The translations under genes were made by a program, and so were the position numbers. A stretch of DNA of 64,000 nucleotides from Octopus vulgaris. Taxonomy: Eukaryota. The stretch spans positions 136,400,001 through 136,464,000 of the forward strand of contig OX597818.1 of the NCBI GenBank assembly GCA_951406725.2. The letters run 5' to 3'. Shown in pieces: positions 13,336 through 25,165 of the stretch (its first letter is position 1; the number at the start of each line of letters is the position of its first letter). The notes under the pieces were generated by a model. That model saw nothing but the letters and a program-made list of their open reading frames with translations. It was not told the DNA's origin and made no database searches.

Positions 13336-13845
13336 CCTGAAATCTGCCAACAGTACACCTGATGGCCATTGTTTTCTTTTTAGTTGTAGTGCACCTGAGC
13401 ACTGTATACAACAATTTCCTTTATCATTATATATGCGTGTTTGTTGAGTTTCTGTGCAGTATTTTAGGTCTGTTTGTCAATGTAATGTCACACACTCACT
13501 TCTGTTCCCACTCAGTGGTACCCTACACAGTGTTCAATATTTGGTGCAAGACTGTCTCTCTTTTCTATCTATTTCTCCGTCTTTCTCCTCTCCCCTCTAT
13601 CTACCTCTCTACCTATCTGCTGCTTTTCTCTCTTAACTGCCTTCCATTTCTTCCTCTGTCCATCTCTGTCAACTACCTACTGTCTATCATTATTCCCTTA
13701 TTTCTCCGCACTCTCTCTTTCTTCCTACTTGCTCTTCCTTAACCTTCTCTACTCTCTTTCTTCACTTTTTTGGTACCAAACGACAATCCAATTTTTTGTC
13801 ACTCATCGTTTTTCTACTTGACCAGTGCATAGGTAAGACCCCATT

Positions 13846-16236
13846 ACCAGATCCCGGTAAATTTGGTCGAAAACCTCATGGAAAGTTCCGGGGATTTCCC
13901 AGGTCCCGGTAAATTTGGTCGAAAAGCTCATGGAAAGTTCCGGGGATTTCCCAGGTCCCGGTAAAAGTGGTCGAAAAGCTCATGGAAAGTTCCGGGGATT
14001 TCCCAGGTCCCGGGAAGTTTGGTCGAAAAGCTCATTGAAAGTTCCGGGGATTTCCCTGCTCCCGGGAAGTTTGGTCGAAAAGCTCATGGAATGTTCCGGG
14101 GATTTCCCAGGTCCCGTTAAATTTCGTCGAAAAGCTCATGGAAAGTTCCGGGGATTTCCCAGGTCCCGGTAAATTTCGTCGAAAAGCTCATGGAAAGTTC
14201 CGGGGATTTCCCATATCCCGGTAAATTTGGACGAAAAGCTCATGGAAAGTTCCGGGGATTTCCCAGGTCCCGTTAAATTTGGTCGAAAAGCTCATGGAAA
14301 GTTCCGGGGATTTCCCAGCTCCCGGTAAATTTGGTCGAAAACCTCATGGAAAGTTCCGGGGATTTCCCTGGTCCCGGTAAATTTCGTCGAAAAGCTCATG
14401 GAAAGTTCCGGGGATTTCCCAGGTTCCGGTAGATTTCGTCGAAAAGCTCATGGAAAGTTCCGGGGATTTCCCAGATCCCGGTAAATTTGGTCGAAAAGCT
14501 CATGGAAAGTTCCGGGGATTTCCCAGGTCCCGGTTAAAAGTGGTCGAAAAGCTCATGGAAAGTTCCGGGGATTTCCCAGCTCCCGGTAAATTTGGTCGAA
14601 AAGCTCATGGAAAGTTCCGGGGATTTTCCAGCTCCCGGGAAGTTTGGTCGAAAAGCTCATGGAAAGTTCCGGGGATTTCCCAGCTCCCGGTAAATTTCGT
14701 CGAAAAGCTCATGGAAAGTTCCGGGGATTTCCCAGGTCCCGGTAAATTCCGTCGAAAAGCTCATGGAAAGTTCCGGGGATTTCCCAGATCCCGGTAAATT
14801 TTGTCGAAAAGCTCATGGAAAGTTCCGGGGATTTCCCAGGTCCCGGTAAAAGTGGTTGAAAAGCTCATGGAAAGTTCCGGGGGTTTCCCAGGTCCCGGTA
14901 AGTTTGGTCGAAAAGCTCATTGAAAGTTCCGGTGATTTCCCAGCTCCCGGGAAGTTTGGTCGAAAAGCTCATGGAATGTCCCGGGGATTTCCCAGGACCC
15001 GTTAAATTTAGTCGAAAAGCTCATGGAAAGTTCCGGGGATTTCCCAGATCCCGGTAAATTTGGTCGAAAAGCTCATGGAAAGTTCCAGGGATTTTCCAGC
15101 TCCCGGGAACTTTGGTCGAAAAGCTCATGGAAAGTTCCGGGGATTTCCCAGTTACCGGTAAGTTTGGTCGAAAAGCTCATGGAAAGTTCCGGGGATTTCC
15201 CAGGTCCAGGTGAATTTGGTCGGAAACCTCATGGAAAGTTCCGGGGTTACCCAGCTCCCGGTAAATATGGTCGAAAAGCTCATGGAAAGTTCCGGGGATT
15301 TCCCAGGTCCCGGGAAGTTTGGTCGAAAAGCTCATTGAAAGTTCCGGGGATTTCCCTGCTCCCTGGAAGTGTGGTCGAAAAGCTCATGGGATGTTCCGGG
15401 GATTTCCCAGGTCCCGTTAAATTTCGTCGAAAATCTCATGGAAAGTTCCGGGGATTTCCCAGGTCCCGGTAAATTTCGTCGAAAAGCTCATGGAAAGTTC
15501 CGGGGATTTCCCATATCCCGGTAAATTTGGACGAAAAGCTCATGGAAAGTTCCGGGGATTTCCCAGGTCCCGTTAAAATTGGTCGAAAAGCTCATGGAAA
15601 GTTCCGGGGATTTCCCAGCTCCCGGTAAATTTGGTCGAAAACCTCATGGAAAGTTCTGGGTATTTCCCTGGTCCCGGTAAATTTCGTCGAAAAGCTCATG
15701 GAAAGTTCCGGGGATTTCCCAGGTTCCGGTAGATTTCGTCGAAAAGCTCATGGAAAGTTCCGGGGATTTCCCAGATCCCGGTAAATTTGGTCGAAAAGCT
15801 CATGGAAAGTTCCGGGGATTTTCCCAGGTCCCGGTAAAAGTGGTCGAAAAGCTCATGGAAAGTTCCGGGGATTTCCCAGGTCCAGGGAAGTTTGGTCGAA
15901 AAGCTCATGGAAAGTTCCGGGGATTTTCCAGCTCCCGGAAGTTTGGTCGGAAATCTCGTGTAAAGTTCTGGGAATTTTCCAGTTCCTGGGAAGTTTGGTC
16001 GAAAGGCTCATGGAAAGTTCCGGGGATTTTCCAGCTCCCGGGTAGTTTGGTCGAAAACGTATTGGGAAATTCCGGGGATTTTCCAATTTTCGGGAAATTT
16101 GGTCGAAAACGTCTTGGGAAGTTCCGAGGATTTTTCGACTTCCGGGAAATGTGTTCGAAAACTTCCTGGAAAGTTCCGAGTATTTTCTAACTTACGGGAA
16201 ATTTGGTGGAAAACTTCCTGGAAAGTTCCGAGTATT
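13846..16236 (+). repeat. Second block of the 52-bp satellite (~46 monomers)
   Basis: Same monomer in forward orientation, ending in the same degenerate monomers as block 1. Confidence 0.97.
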
Positions 16237-17234
16237 TTTATATGCAGATGATGCCAAGGTAAAATTTAATGGAAAACGAACTGACCTATCCTGCAATTCA
16301 GATCTGGATAGAATGCAGCAGTTGACCTCTGACTGGCATCTCAAGCTATCCGTACTAAAGAAGTCTGGAACCCCTCTTTTTCTCAGTATATAAATCTCCT
16401 GGAAACTGTTCAGAAATGTGCAACGAAGCGAATACCCACCGTCAGACATCTACCATACTCTAAACGTCTTGCATTCCTGGGCATGGTTACATTGAAGCCC
16501 AGACGTCTGGAAACTGACTTGATTGACACCCACAAGATTATCCACCATATTTCCAACAACAACCTTGGATAACTTTTACTCACAGACATGCTTATAAAAT
16601 CAAAAAACAACACAGCACCCATGACTTTCGGAAACAATTTTTCATGCTCAGAATTGCAGAAGCATGGAATAAACCACCTGCATCAGTTGTTAGCTGTCAA
16701 GACACTACATCCTTCAAAACTTCCATGTGTCCTGAAATCTGCCAACAGTACACCTGATGGCCATTGTTTTCTTTTTAGTTGTAGTGCACCTGAGCACTGT
16801 ATACAACAATTTCCTTTATCATTATATATGCGTGTTTGTTGAGTTTCTGTGCAGTATTTTAGGTCTGTTTGTCAATGTAATGTCACACACTCACTTCTGT
16901 TCCCACTCAGTGGTACCCTACACAGTGTTCAATATTTGGTGCAAGACTGTCTCTCTTTTCTATCTATTTCTCCGTCTTTCTCCTCTCCCCTCTATCTACC
17001 TCTCTACCTATCTGCTGCTTTTCTCTCTTAACTGCCTTCCATTTCTTCCTCTGTCCATCTCTGTCAACTACCTACTGTCTATCATTATTCCCTTATTTCT
17101 CCGCACTCTCTCTTTCTTCCTACTTGCTCTTCCTTAACCTTCTCTACTCTCTTTCTTCACTTTTTTGGTACCAAACGACAATCCAATTTTTTGTCACTCA
17201 TCGTTTTTCTACTTGACCAGTGCATAGGTAAGAC
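15830..17234 (+). repeat. Near-identical duplicate of ~12240-13839 (satellite edge + CR1 fragment + unique DNA) lacking 193 bp
   Basis: Identical ORFs at offsets of 3588 (12265/15853) and 3395 (13015/16410). Identity ends at ...GCATAGGTAAGAC. Confidence 0.95.
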
Positions 17235-17420
17235 ATCATTGTTTAATGTCCATTTTCCATGCTGGAATAGGTTGAATGGTTCGACTGGGGCCTGGGAAGC
17301 CAGGAGGCTGCACCAGGCTCCAGTCTGATCTGGCAGTGTTTCTACAGCTGGATGCCCTTCCTAATGCCAACCACTCTGAGAGTGTGGTGTGTGCTGTTTT
17401 TACATGCCACCGGCACAGGG
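17235..17420 (-). mobile_element. Family C SINE-like element, partial
   Basis: Contains the family core GGATGCCCTTCCTAATGCCAACCACTC and a CAT-repeat end. Confidence 0.8.
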
Positions 17421-17754
17421 GCCAATTTCCTGCTTAGTACTCATTTCAGATCCCCAGTTTATCTTTTCACTTTTCATTCTTTTCTTTCCTTCTAACTTCC
17501 TTCCCTCTACCCCATCTCTCTATCCTTCTGAGCCTTCTCATTGTACCTTTGGAACACAAGCACCACTATTTTCTTCCTTTTTTTTGTTAGTTTTTGTCAT
17601 ATAGTGTCCCACATTTTGAAATACTTGCAATTTGTATTTTACTGCTTATTTTAGCTCTGCTTGATACATTTCCAAAATTAAACATTTTAATATGCAAAAT
17701 ATACTTCACATTATTATATATACCATGCATTAATGCACAAAATATTGTGTTTAT

Positions 17755-18219
17755 TGGCTATCTTCAAAATGATCACACCATCAATGGAAAATTCCAATAC
17801 CAACTTCCTAAGGCAGTTATGAAAGGCTATAAAGACCAAACACCTAGAAAAACTGATGAATGGGGTCTTGTTTCATTAGGACAATGCTTCAGCACACAAG
17901 TCCTTTGTTTCAATGGCTGCTGTATGTGACTGGCTTTGAACTGGTTGATCATCCTCCCTATGTTAGTGATTTGGTTCCTTCTGGTTATCATCTGTTTCCC
18001 AACATAGAAAAACACTCAGCTGAGAACATCTTATCTGTTGTTGATGACCATGTTGATCAACAGGAAAGCTTCTTCACCAGTGCGCACCAAGCACTGCAAC
18101 TACTAATGGAAGTGTGTGGACAGTAAGAGGAACTATGTTAGAAAATGAACTTCATTTGGTCACATTCCATTGAGAGTGTCTTCTTGCTCAGATTATGAAC
18201 ATTTCAGCAGACCCTCATA
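17755..18219 (+). mobile_element. Decayed mariner (DD34D-type) transposase 3' half with right end
   Basis: Frameshifted translation shows YLQNDHTING, GVLFH*DNASAHKS and GFELVDHPPYVSDLVPSGYHLFPN, matching the HDNA and HPPYSPDLAPSD motifs. It ends in ACATTTCAGCAGACCCTCATA. Confidence 0.85.
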
Positions 18220-18529
18220 ATAATAAAAAATATATCTGCATTTGTTTTAATGTTAACATTGGAAAAATCCACATTTTTCATTAAAAAAATTAGGACCTGG
18301 GTTTGCACCCCCTTAGCAAATTTTGTTGCTGGGCCACTGCCTGCAATAGTGGAGGGATTACTGTACATAAATCCTCACTTGAGTTTTCTGTCTAACAATG
18401 GAAAGCAATGGAAAATATGTAACTACTAATGAATATATATCTAAATCAGAAATTTACATGATTTGAAGTATGGTATGCATATATTTGTTAAGTGCTGTAT
18501 TATCAGTATTTTATATCTCAGTAAACAAC

Positions 18530-18730
18530 AAGTTGGCAGGATTGTTAGCATGCCAGGTGAAATGCTTAGTGTCATTTCATCTGTCTTCAGGGTCTGAGTT
18601 CAAATTCCACTGAGGTCGATTTTCTTTTCATCCTTTCAGGGTCTATAAAAGAAGTATCAGCTGAGTGCTGGGGTTGACTTACCCAACTCCCTGAACTTGC
18701 TGGCCCTATGCGAAAATTTGAAATCAATAT
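18530..18730 (+). mobile_element. Family B tRNA-derived SINE, degenerate
   Basis: TGGCAGGATTGTTAGC head, GAGTTCAAATTC B-box-like motif and TTTCATCCTTTCAGGGTC core. Confidence 0.7.
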
Positions 18731-18777
18731 TTTACATATCAGTGCCATGAGTTGCTTAGCTTAATAATGGATGGATG

Positions 18778-19160
18778 GAAGCACTCCATCGGTTCTGACG
18801 ACAAGGGTTCCGGTTGATCCGATCAATGGAACAGCCTGCTCATGAAATTAACGTGTAAGTGGCTGAGCACTCCACAGACACGTGTACCCTTAACGTAGTT
18901 CTCGGGGATATTCAGCGTGACACAGAGAGTGACAAGGCCGGCCCTTTGAAATACAGGTACAACAGAAACAGGAAGTAAGAGTGAGAGAAAGTTGTGGTGA
19001 AAGAGTACAGCAGGGATCACCACCATCCCCTGCCGGAGCCTCGTGGAGCTTTAGGTGTTTTCGCTCAATAAACACTCACAATGCTCGGTCTGGGAATCAA
19101 AACCGCGATCCTACGACCGCGAGTCCGCTGCCCTAACCACTGGGCCATTGCGCCTCCACA
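18778..19160 (-). mobile_element. Family D tRNA-derived SINE, full length
   Basis: Head GGAGGCGCAATGGCCCAGTGGTTAGGGCAGCGGACTCGCGGTCG..GGTT(T/C)GATTCC with Pol III A/B boxes. Near-identical to 48423-48806. Confidence 0.88.
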
Positions 19161-19244
19161 GCTTAATAATACAGAGTGATTAACCGGGATTTAAAAGGTA
19201 CAGAATGGGTTTCTCTGCAATGGTTAGCCAAGTTTCTGGAGGTG

Positions 19245-19455
19245 GCCACCTGGCAGAATCATTAGTACACTGGACAAAATGCTGAGTGCCATTTTGTCTG
19301 TCTTTATATTCTGAGTTCAAATTCTACTGAGGCCCACTCTGCCTTTCATCGTCAGGGTCAGTAAAATAAGTACCAGTTGTACACTGGGGTTGATATAATC
19401 ATCTTAGCCTTTCTCCCTGAACTTGCTGGACTTATGCCAAAATTTGAAACCAGTA
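19245..19455 (+). mobile_element. Family B SINE, degenerate
   Basis: TGGCAGAATCATTAG...GAGTTCAAATTC...GCCTTTCATC...AAATAAGTACCAG. Confidence 0.7.
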
Positions 19456-21985
19456 TTTTATGTATCAGTTCTAACCATATCATGACTTATTCATTGACCC
19501 CTGGACGAAAGGCAAAAATTGACCTCAGCAAAATTTGAACAAACAGTGCAGAGATTTGGAACTGATATTGCAAATCATTCTCTGTGATATTTTAAAGACT
19601 ACCAATTTGCTATTCATCATGTCCTACATTTATTTTCATATCTTTCAAACTCATTGAAAACAGCTTAAAAAGATTTTTTCTTTTTTTGTTCATTGCACAA
19701 TTTGCATATCTTCTCAAATGTAGGACATTTTCCTTTAACAAACACTTATTCATAGCTATAATTTACACTTTAGAAACATCTTTTGTTGGTTCACATGAGA
19801 TACATCAGAGACAAAAAAAATAGGTTGTATTCCATGAGAAATACTGGTTCTGTTGCAACAAATCATTTCCTGTTGTTGGATAAAATTCAAACATGTATTT
19901 AGAGCAGTGTCTCTAAATCCATATTAATGTTTGAAGGTTATTAATAATTTTTGTTATATACAATTATGATTGATAATACAATGCAAACAATAGTGATTTT
20001 TTAACCATTTTTTTTCCTATATTTATAACTTGAAATGTTTAAAATATTTTTCATACAAAGTACTCAAGAATTTTTTTTTTTATCTCAAATATGCTAAACT
20101 TTCAAAAAGATCGAGAATTTCTCATCTAGAAATCTACTTTCCTGCCTCCTGTATGTATGTGGTGTCTGGTATACACTTTCAATAAATCTCATCTGTATCA
20201 ATTTCTGTTCAAGGCTTTAATCGCTTTCTCTAAATTTATCTCACTCACAATATTGATACTCATCATGAAGGCAATGCAAGTGTTACAAAAGAGTCTCTGA
20301 CTATTCTTGATGAAGGGATTTCAATTTGGTTCTTTCAGGATCCTTCATTGCAGGTCACATATTGGTTTCTAATAACTTCATCACGTATCTCAAAACCCTC
20401 AGCTTCTAGCTGCTTCAGATTAATTATTATAGGCATTTTCTTAATAACCTCGATATGTAACCCCATCACAAATAATTTTATTATCTCCTTCAATTAGCTC
20501 CTTTGATTAGCTTGCTTGGAAATAGACAAGGTTTCAGTATCAAGAAGGATGCCTGGCTATAAAAAATGCTGTTTCAACAAATTCCATCCAACCTGGAAAA
20601 ATGGATTTTAAAACAATTATGATGATCTTTTAAAAGACAATGATCAATGAATAGCTAAAAGTTCTTTGGAATTAATATACATTCAGTTTCTTTATCTAGT
20701 TACGTATTTAAATTGATGTCATTTAACTTTAGAGAAAGACAGTCTTTCTATTGTCTTTCAAATACATTAGTTTTTATGTCTGGTGTCTTATTGTCCAATT
20801 TTTTTCTTTATCTTTTAGTTAGATGGGAAGTCAGTACCCATGACATTTATTAGAGTCATTCAGTTTCTTGTTTTGAGAGTTAATCATAAAACATTGCAGC
20901 CACATCAAGACAGTTAGGATCAGTCAATGCTCATCTGAATCCTGCTTGTAATGCCATTTGTTGTGAAAATCAGTTTAAGGTCAAATAGCAAAGTCATTAC
21001 AGTGATGGGTAGAATACTTTGTGATATTTACTCTAGCTCTCTGCGCTCTGGGTTCAAATCCTGTTGAAGTCAGCTCTGCTTCTTATCCTTTCAGGGTTGA
21101 TTGGCAGAACTGTTAGATCAGATAAGAAATGCCTTGCAGTATATTTCTTGGTTCTATGCATTCTGATAGCAATGCTAGCAATACATTGATGCCAAGCTGT
21201 ATGGGACTAAGTTGGTAACCTTTTCTCTTGGATAAAAAATCAGTGAAATAGAAAGATGTAACTTTTTCTGACAACAACACTTGCAATGACACTGTTGCCA
21301 AGGCTATATCGGCCCAAGTCAATGGCCTTTCCCTTGGACAAACATCAATAGCTTAGAGAGAAGAGACTTCCATACATGGACAAGTGCTAGTTTTCATGAA
21401 AAAGTCTTGCACAGACCTGGACAAATATGCACAAATGCATGGTTAATATTGACTGATGGAAGATCAGCCTAGCTACATCTTCAAGTTTTTATTTAGCTAA
21501 AGGTAATATCTTCATCTCTATATCTAACAGCTGTGTAAATATATTCTCATAATCTTAGATCCATTCTATTTCTTTAGTGTAAAATTCTCAAGAGAAAAGT
21601 ATTTTTCCAAAATGTCATTCTTTTAAACATCCCACTTGAACATTTGTTCATGTTTGAAGTATAATTATTGCCAAATTTTTGCCTTAAAGGAAATATATTC
21701 TCAGTTTCATGCTAAAATTCTCTAATCTCAATTCTCCTATCAACTGATTATAGACTTCCATTGTATTTGTTCACATCAAGGTATGGTGACTATTACTGTT
21801 GGGAGAATTGATTCAAAGTGAATCCTTGGACACCCTTTTCAGTATAGGTATTTTCTCATCCTCTCAACCTGTCCAACTAGTAATCAATACTGAAGTAAGC
21901 TGTTATTAATATATTTATTAGTTCTTGTAAACTAGATATCTTTTTCTCATTGCATAATTGTATTTTAGTTCACTTTTCATACTAC

Positions 21986-22208
21986 ATGTTTTAGCATTCA
22001 AATTATTCTGTCAAATGTAATATTTTTTCATTCACATTGTTTTGAATTAGCCATTTGTTATTTTGTATCTTCCAGATTTTGATAACATGAGTGCTTAATT
22101 TTAGAATGACATTGTAGGTTGGTGTGAGAGGCTGGACATGGTCAGTTTGAACATAAACATGTAGAATATTTGGGCCAAATATGGCTGGTTTAAATACTAA
22201 ATGGTTAA
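21986..22208. mobile_element. TTAA-type MITE copy, degenerate termini
   Basis: Interior aligns to 26698-26918 (GGTGTGAGAG...CAGTTTGAACATAAA...GATATGGC.GGTTTAAAT). Confidence 0.7.
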
Positions 22209-22270
22209 ATACTAAATGGTTAAATATATCAGCAGGAACTAGACTGTTGTGTACATGTGGATAGTGTGTT

Positions 22271-22680
22271 CATCATCATCATCATCATCGTTTAACGTTC
22301 GTTTTCCGCGCTAGCACGGGTTGGACGGTTCGACCGGGGTCTGGGAAGCCAGGGGCTGCTCCAGGCTCCAGTCTGATCTGGCAGAGTTTCTACGGCTGGA
22401 TGCCCTTCCTAATGCCAACCACTCCGCAAGTGTAGTGGGTGCTTTTTACGTGCCACCTGCACAGGTGCCAGGAGGGGTCCGGCATCGGCCACGATCGGTT
22501 GGAGCTTTTAACGTGCCAGCGGCATGGAAGCCAGCCAAGGTGGCGCTGGCAATGGCCACGTTCGGATGGTGCTTTTTATGTGCCACCAGCACAGAAGCCA
22601 GTCGGGGCGGCGCTGGCATCAGCCACGTTCGGATGGTGCTTTTTATGTGCCACCGGCACAGGTATCACAACTACTATTTC
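22271..22680 (-). mobile_element. Family C SINE-like element with four copies of the GTGCC-N3-GGCAC module
   Basis: (CAT)n tail, conserved 3' body, then tandem ~65-bp units containing GGTGCTTTTTACGTGCCACCGGCAC. Confidence 0.88.
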
Positions 22681-23324
22681 ATTTTGAACAAACATATGGC
22701 TGAGATAACTCTTCAGTGTTGTCAAAGACAAGATGACCTCTTTAATGCAGGTGCTATGATAAAAGATACTCAACACAGTTTGTAAAAGAATTAGTGATTG
22801 ATCATTCAGCTTAACAATCTGTCTTCTCAACACAAAAATAATTTTAATTAATTTCTTGTGACAGTGGCTTAATTATATTTGCACCAAAATTACTATTTAA
22901 CTTTCTTTATTACTCATAGATGGAGAGCCCTTTAAATTTCCACTTCCTTTATTCTCACATCAAAAACTCATACCTTCTTCCAATCACAACTTACAGCTTG
23001 TTGAAGCTCTAGCTTAAGTTATGCAATTATTGAAATTTTCACTAGAAAAAGATATTGGCAACACGTAGATGTATATTTATTGGAATGTCTTCAATTTTTT
23101 TTTTTTCTATGAGAATGTCTGCAATATTTTATCAGATTTTTTTTTGCTTTTAGAACTTTACTACAATGCTGCAAATATTAAACATCAATTTCATAAGCTA
23201 CTATAGCACTTTTACAGAGTCTCTACTTATCAATACAGGATTACCATTGCCTATTTTGCATAGTCTACACTTTAGCTTCAAATGTTGTTCTCAAAGTTAA
23301 GGTTTTTGAGAGAATCACCTATAT

Positions 23325-23640
23325 CATCATAATCATCATCATCATCATCATCATCGTCTAACGTCCGATCTCTATGCTAGCATGGGTTGGACAGTTTGAC
23401 TGGGGTCTGGGAAGTCAGGTGGCTGCCCCAGGCTCCAGTCTGATCTGGCAGTGTTTCTACAGCTGGATGCCCTTCCTAACGCTAACCACTCCGTGAGTGT
23501 AGTGGGTGCTTTTTACGTGCCAGGAGTGGCTGGCAACGGCCACGATTGGTTGGTGCTTTTTACATGCCACCGGCATGGAAGCCAGTCAAGGTGGCGCTGG
23601 CATCGGCCACGTTCGGATGGTGCTTTTTACGTGCCACCGA
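23325..23640 (-). mobile_element. Family C element
   Basis: (CAT)n tail, conserved body and three module copies. Confidence 0.85.
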
Positions 23641-23706
23641 ATATTATAGAATTTAAAACATAAATCAGATATTAAAATAAACCACCAGTTTTACACTATA
23701 TATACA

Positions 23707-23938
23707 TATTTCTTTATTACCCACAAGGGGCTAAACACAGAGGGAACAAACAAGGACAGACATAGGTATTAAGTCGATTACATCGACCCCAGTTTGTAAC
23801 TGGTACTTAATTTATCGACCCCGAAAGGATGAAAGGCAAAGTCGACCTCGGCGGAATTTGAACTCACAACATAACACAGACGAAATACCGCTAAGCATTT
23901 TGCCTGGCGTGCTAACGTTTCTGCCAGCTCGCCGCCTT
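23707..23938 (-). mobile_element. Family B SINE, full length, with 16-18 bp TSD
   Basis: Flanked by TTTTACACTATATATACA at 23689-23706 and 23937-23954. Confidence 0.9.
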
Positions 23939-23990
23939 TTACACTATATATACAAATGCACTGGTGGAATTTGAACTCAGAACGTAACGG

Positions 23991-24173
23991 TAGCCGTATT
24001 TCGTCTGCTGTTACGTTCTGAGTTCAAATTCCGCCGAGGTCGACTTTGCCTTTCATCCTTTCGGGGTCGATAAATAAAGTACCAGTTATGTACTGGGGTC
24101 GATATAATCGACTTAATCCCTTTGTCTGTCTTTGTTTGTCCTCTCTATGTTTAGCCCCTTGCGGGCAATAAAG

Positions 24174-24178
<5 letters not shown>
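23991..24178 (+). mobile_element. Family B SINE, 5'-truncated, preceded by an inverted fragment of itself
   Basis: Body matches other B copies. 23963-23992 is the reverse complement of its B-box region. Confidence 0.85.
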
Positions 24179-24212
<34 letters not shown>

Positions 24213-24214
<2 letters not shown>

Positions 24215-24503
24215 AATCGAATTGAACCAGCCAGGACCCCTGGACTGGTGGTACGTAAAAGCACTATCTGACTCGTGGCCGATGCCAGCGCCGCCTCAAC
24301 TGGCTTCCGTGCCGGTGGCACATAAAATGCACCCACTACACTCACGGAGTGGTTGGCGTTAGGAAGGGCATCCAGCTGTAGAAGCATTGCCAGATAAGAC
24401 TGGAGCCTGGGGCAGCCTTCTGGCTTCCCAGATCCCCGGTCGAACCATCCAACCCATGCTAGCATGGAAAGCAGACATTAAACGATGATGATGATGATGA
24501 TGA
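24213..24503 (+). mobile_element. Family C element with (GAT)n tail
   Basis: GTGCCGGTGGCACATAAAATGCACC...GGCGTTAGGAAGGGCATCCAGCTGTAGAA...AAACGATGATGATG. Confidence 0.87.
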
Positions 24504-24944
24504 TACAAATGCACACATGCATAAAACAATAAAAATAGATGAATGGATTATCTGGTATTACTACAATCGTTTTGTTAATAGCTATTATTGTGTTGTAATT
24601 ATAGTTCAGTCTGGTGTGCTGCTGCATGCACTACATGAGAACAATAATGTAATATGTTATGAGACTTCCAATTCATCAAGCTAACCAAACAAACAAGTGA
24701 ACAGTAACACGTTGATTAATCAACAGATCATCAACAAGTGAAATCTCTAATTAGAATTACCAACATCTAAACATAGTGAAGTGGGTGTGATTACAATCTG
24801 TCACTCATTGAAGGTGGATAGCAGAGTGAGGTTGTAATTTCAAGAACAGGTAAAGGCATTTCTATTCCAAAGATGTCATTAGACTTAGCAACCTTGCTCA
24901 TCATGGCTAATTGTAGGAACATTCATGTGTGTGTGTGTGTTTAA

Positions 24945-25165
24945 CCCTTTAGCATTTAAACCGGCCATATCCGGCCAAAAATATTCTACCTGTTTTATGT
25001 TCAAACTAGCCCTATCTGGTCTCTCACACCAACCCTACAATATCGTTTGAGAAATGAACAGCTACCTCATCAAAATCTCATGGCTACAACATGATGAATG
25101 ATTAGTTCAAAACAATTTGGATGAAGAAGCATTAATTTTGGTAGAATAATGTGAACACTAAAGGG
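24945..25165. mobile_element. piggyBac-like MITE (~221 bp) with TTAA target duplication
   Basis: TTAA|CCCTTTAG ... CTAAAGGG|TTAA. CCC termini plus a TTAA TSD are piggyBac hallmarks. Confidence 0.88.

Noticed and set aside
13362-13742. 126-aa hydrophobic ORF (also 16757-17137)
   Set aside because: It arises from CT-rich low-complexity DNA downstream of a LINE fragment and has a non-ATG start.
1-16236. Dozens of ORFs with MESSGDFPGPGKFGRKAHGKFRGFPRSR-type peptides
   Set aside because: These are translations of a 52-bp repeat in all frames and both strands, broken by indels and recurrent stops. They are not genes.
1-16236. CRISPR-like regular spacing
   Set aside because: There are no unique spacers (the whole unit repeats), no cas genes, and the context is eukaryotic.
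19085-19160. tRNA gene
   Set aside because: It has A/B boxes but no complete cloverleaf and continues into a repeated body, so it is a SINE head. The same applies to the A and B heads.
20170-20500. Possible hAT transposase relic (MMSINIVSEINLEKAIKAL, minus strand)
   Set aside because: Only one short, weak motif among many stops, which is not enough without a profile search.
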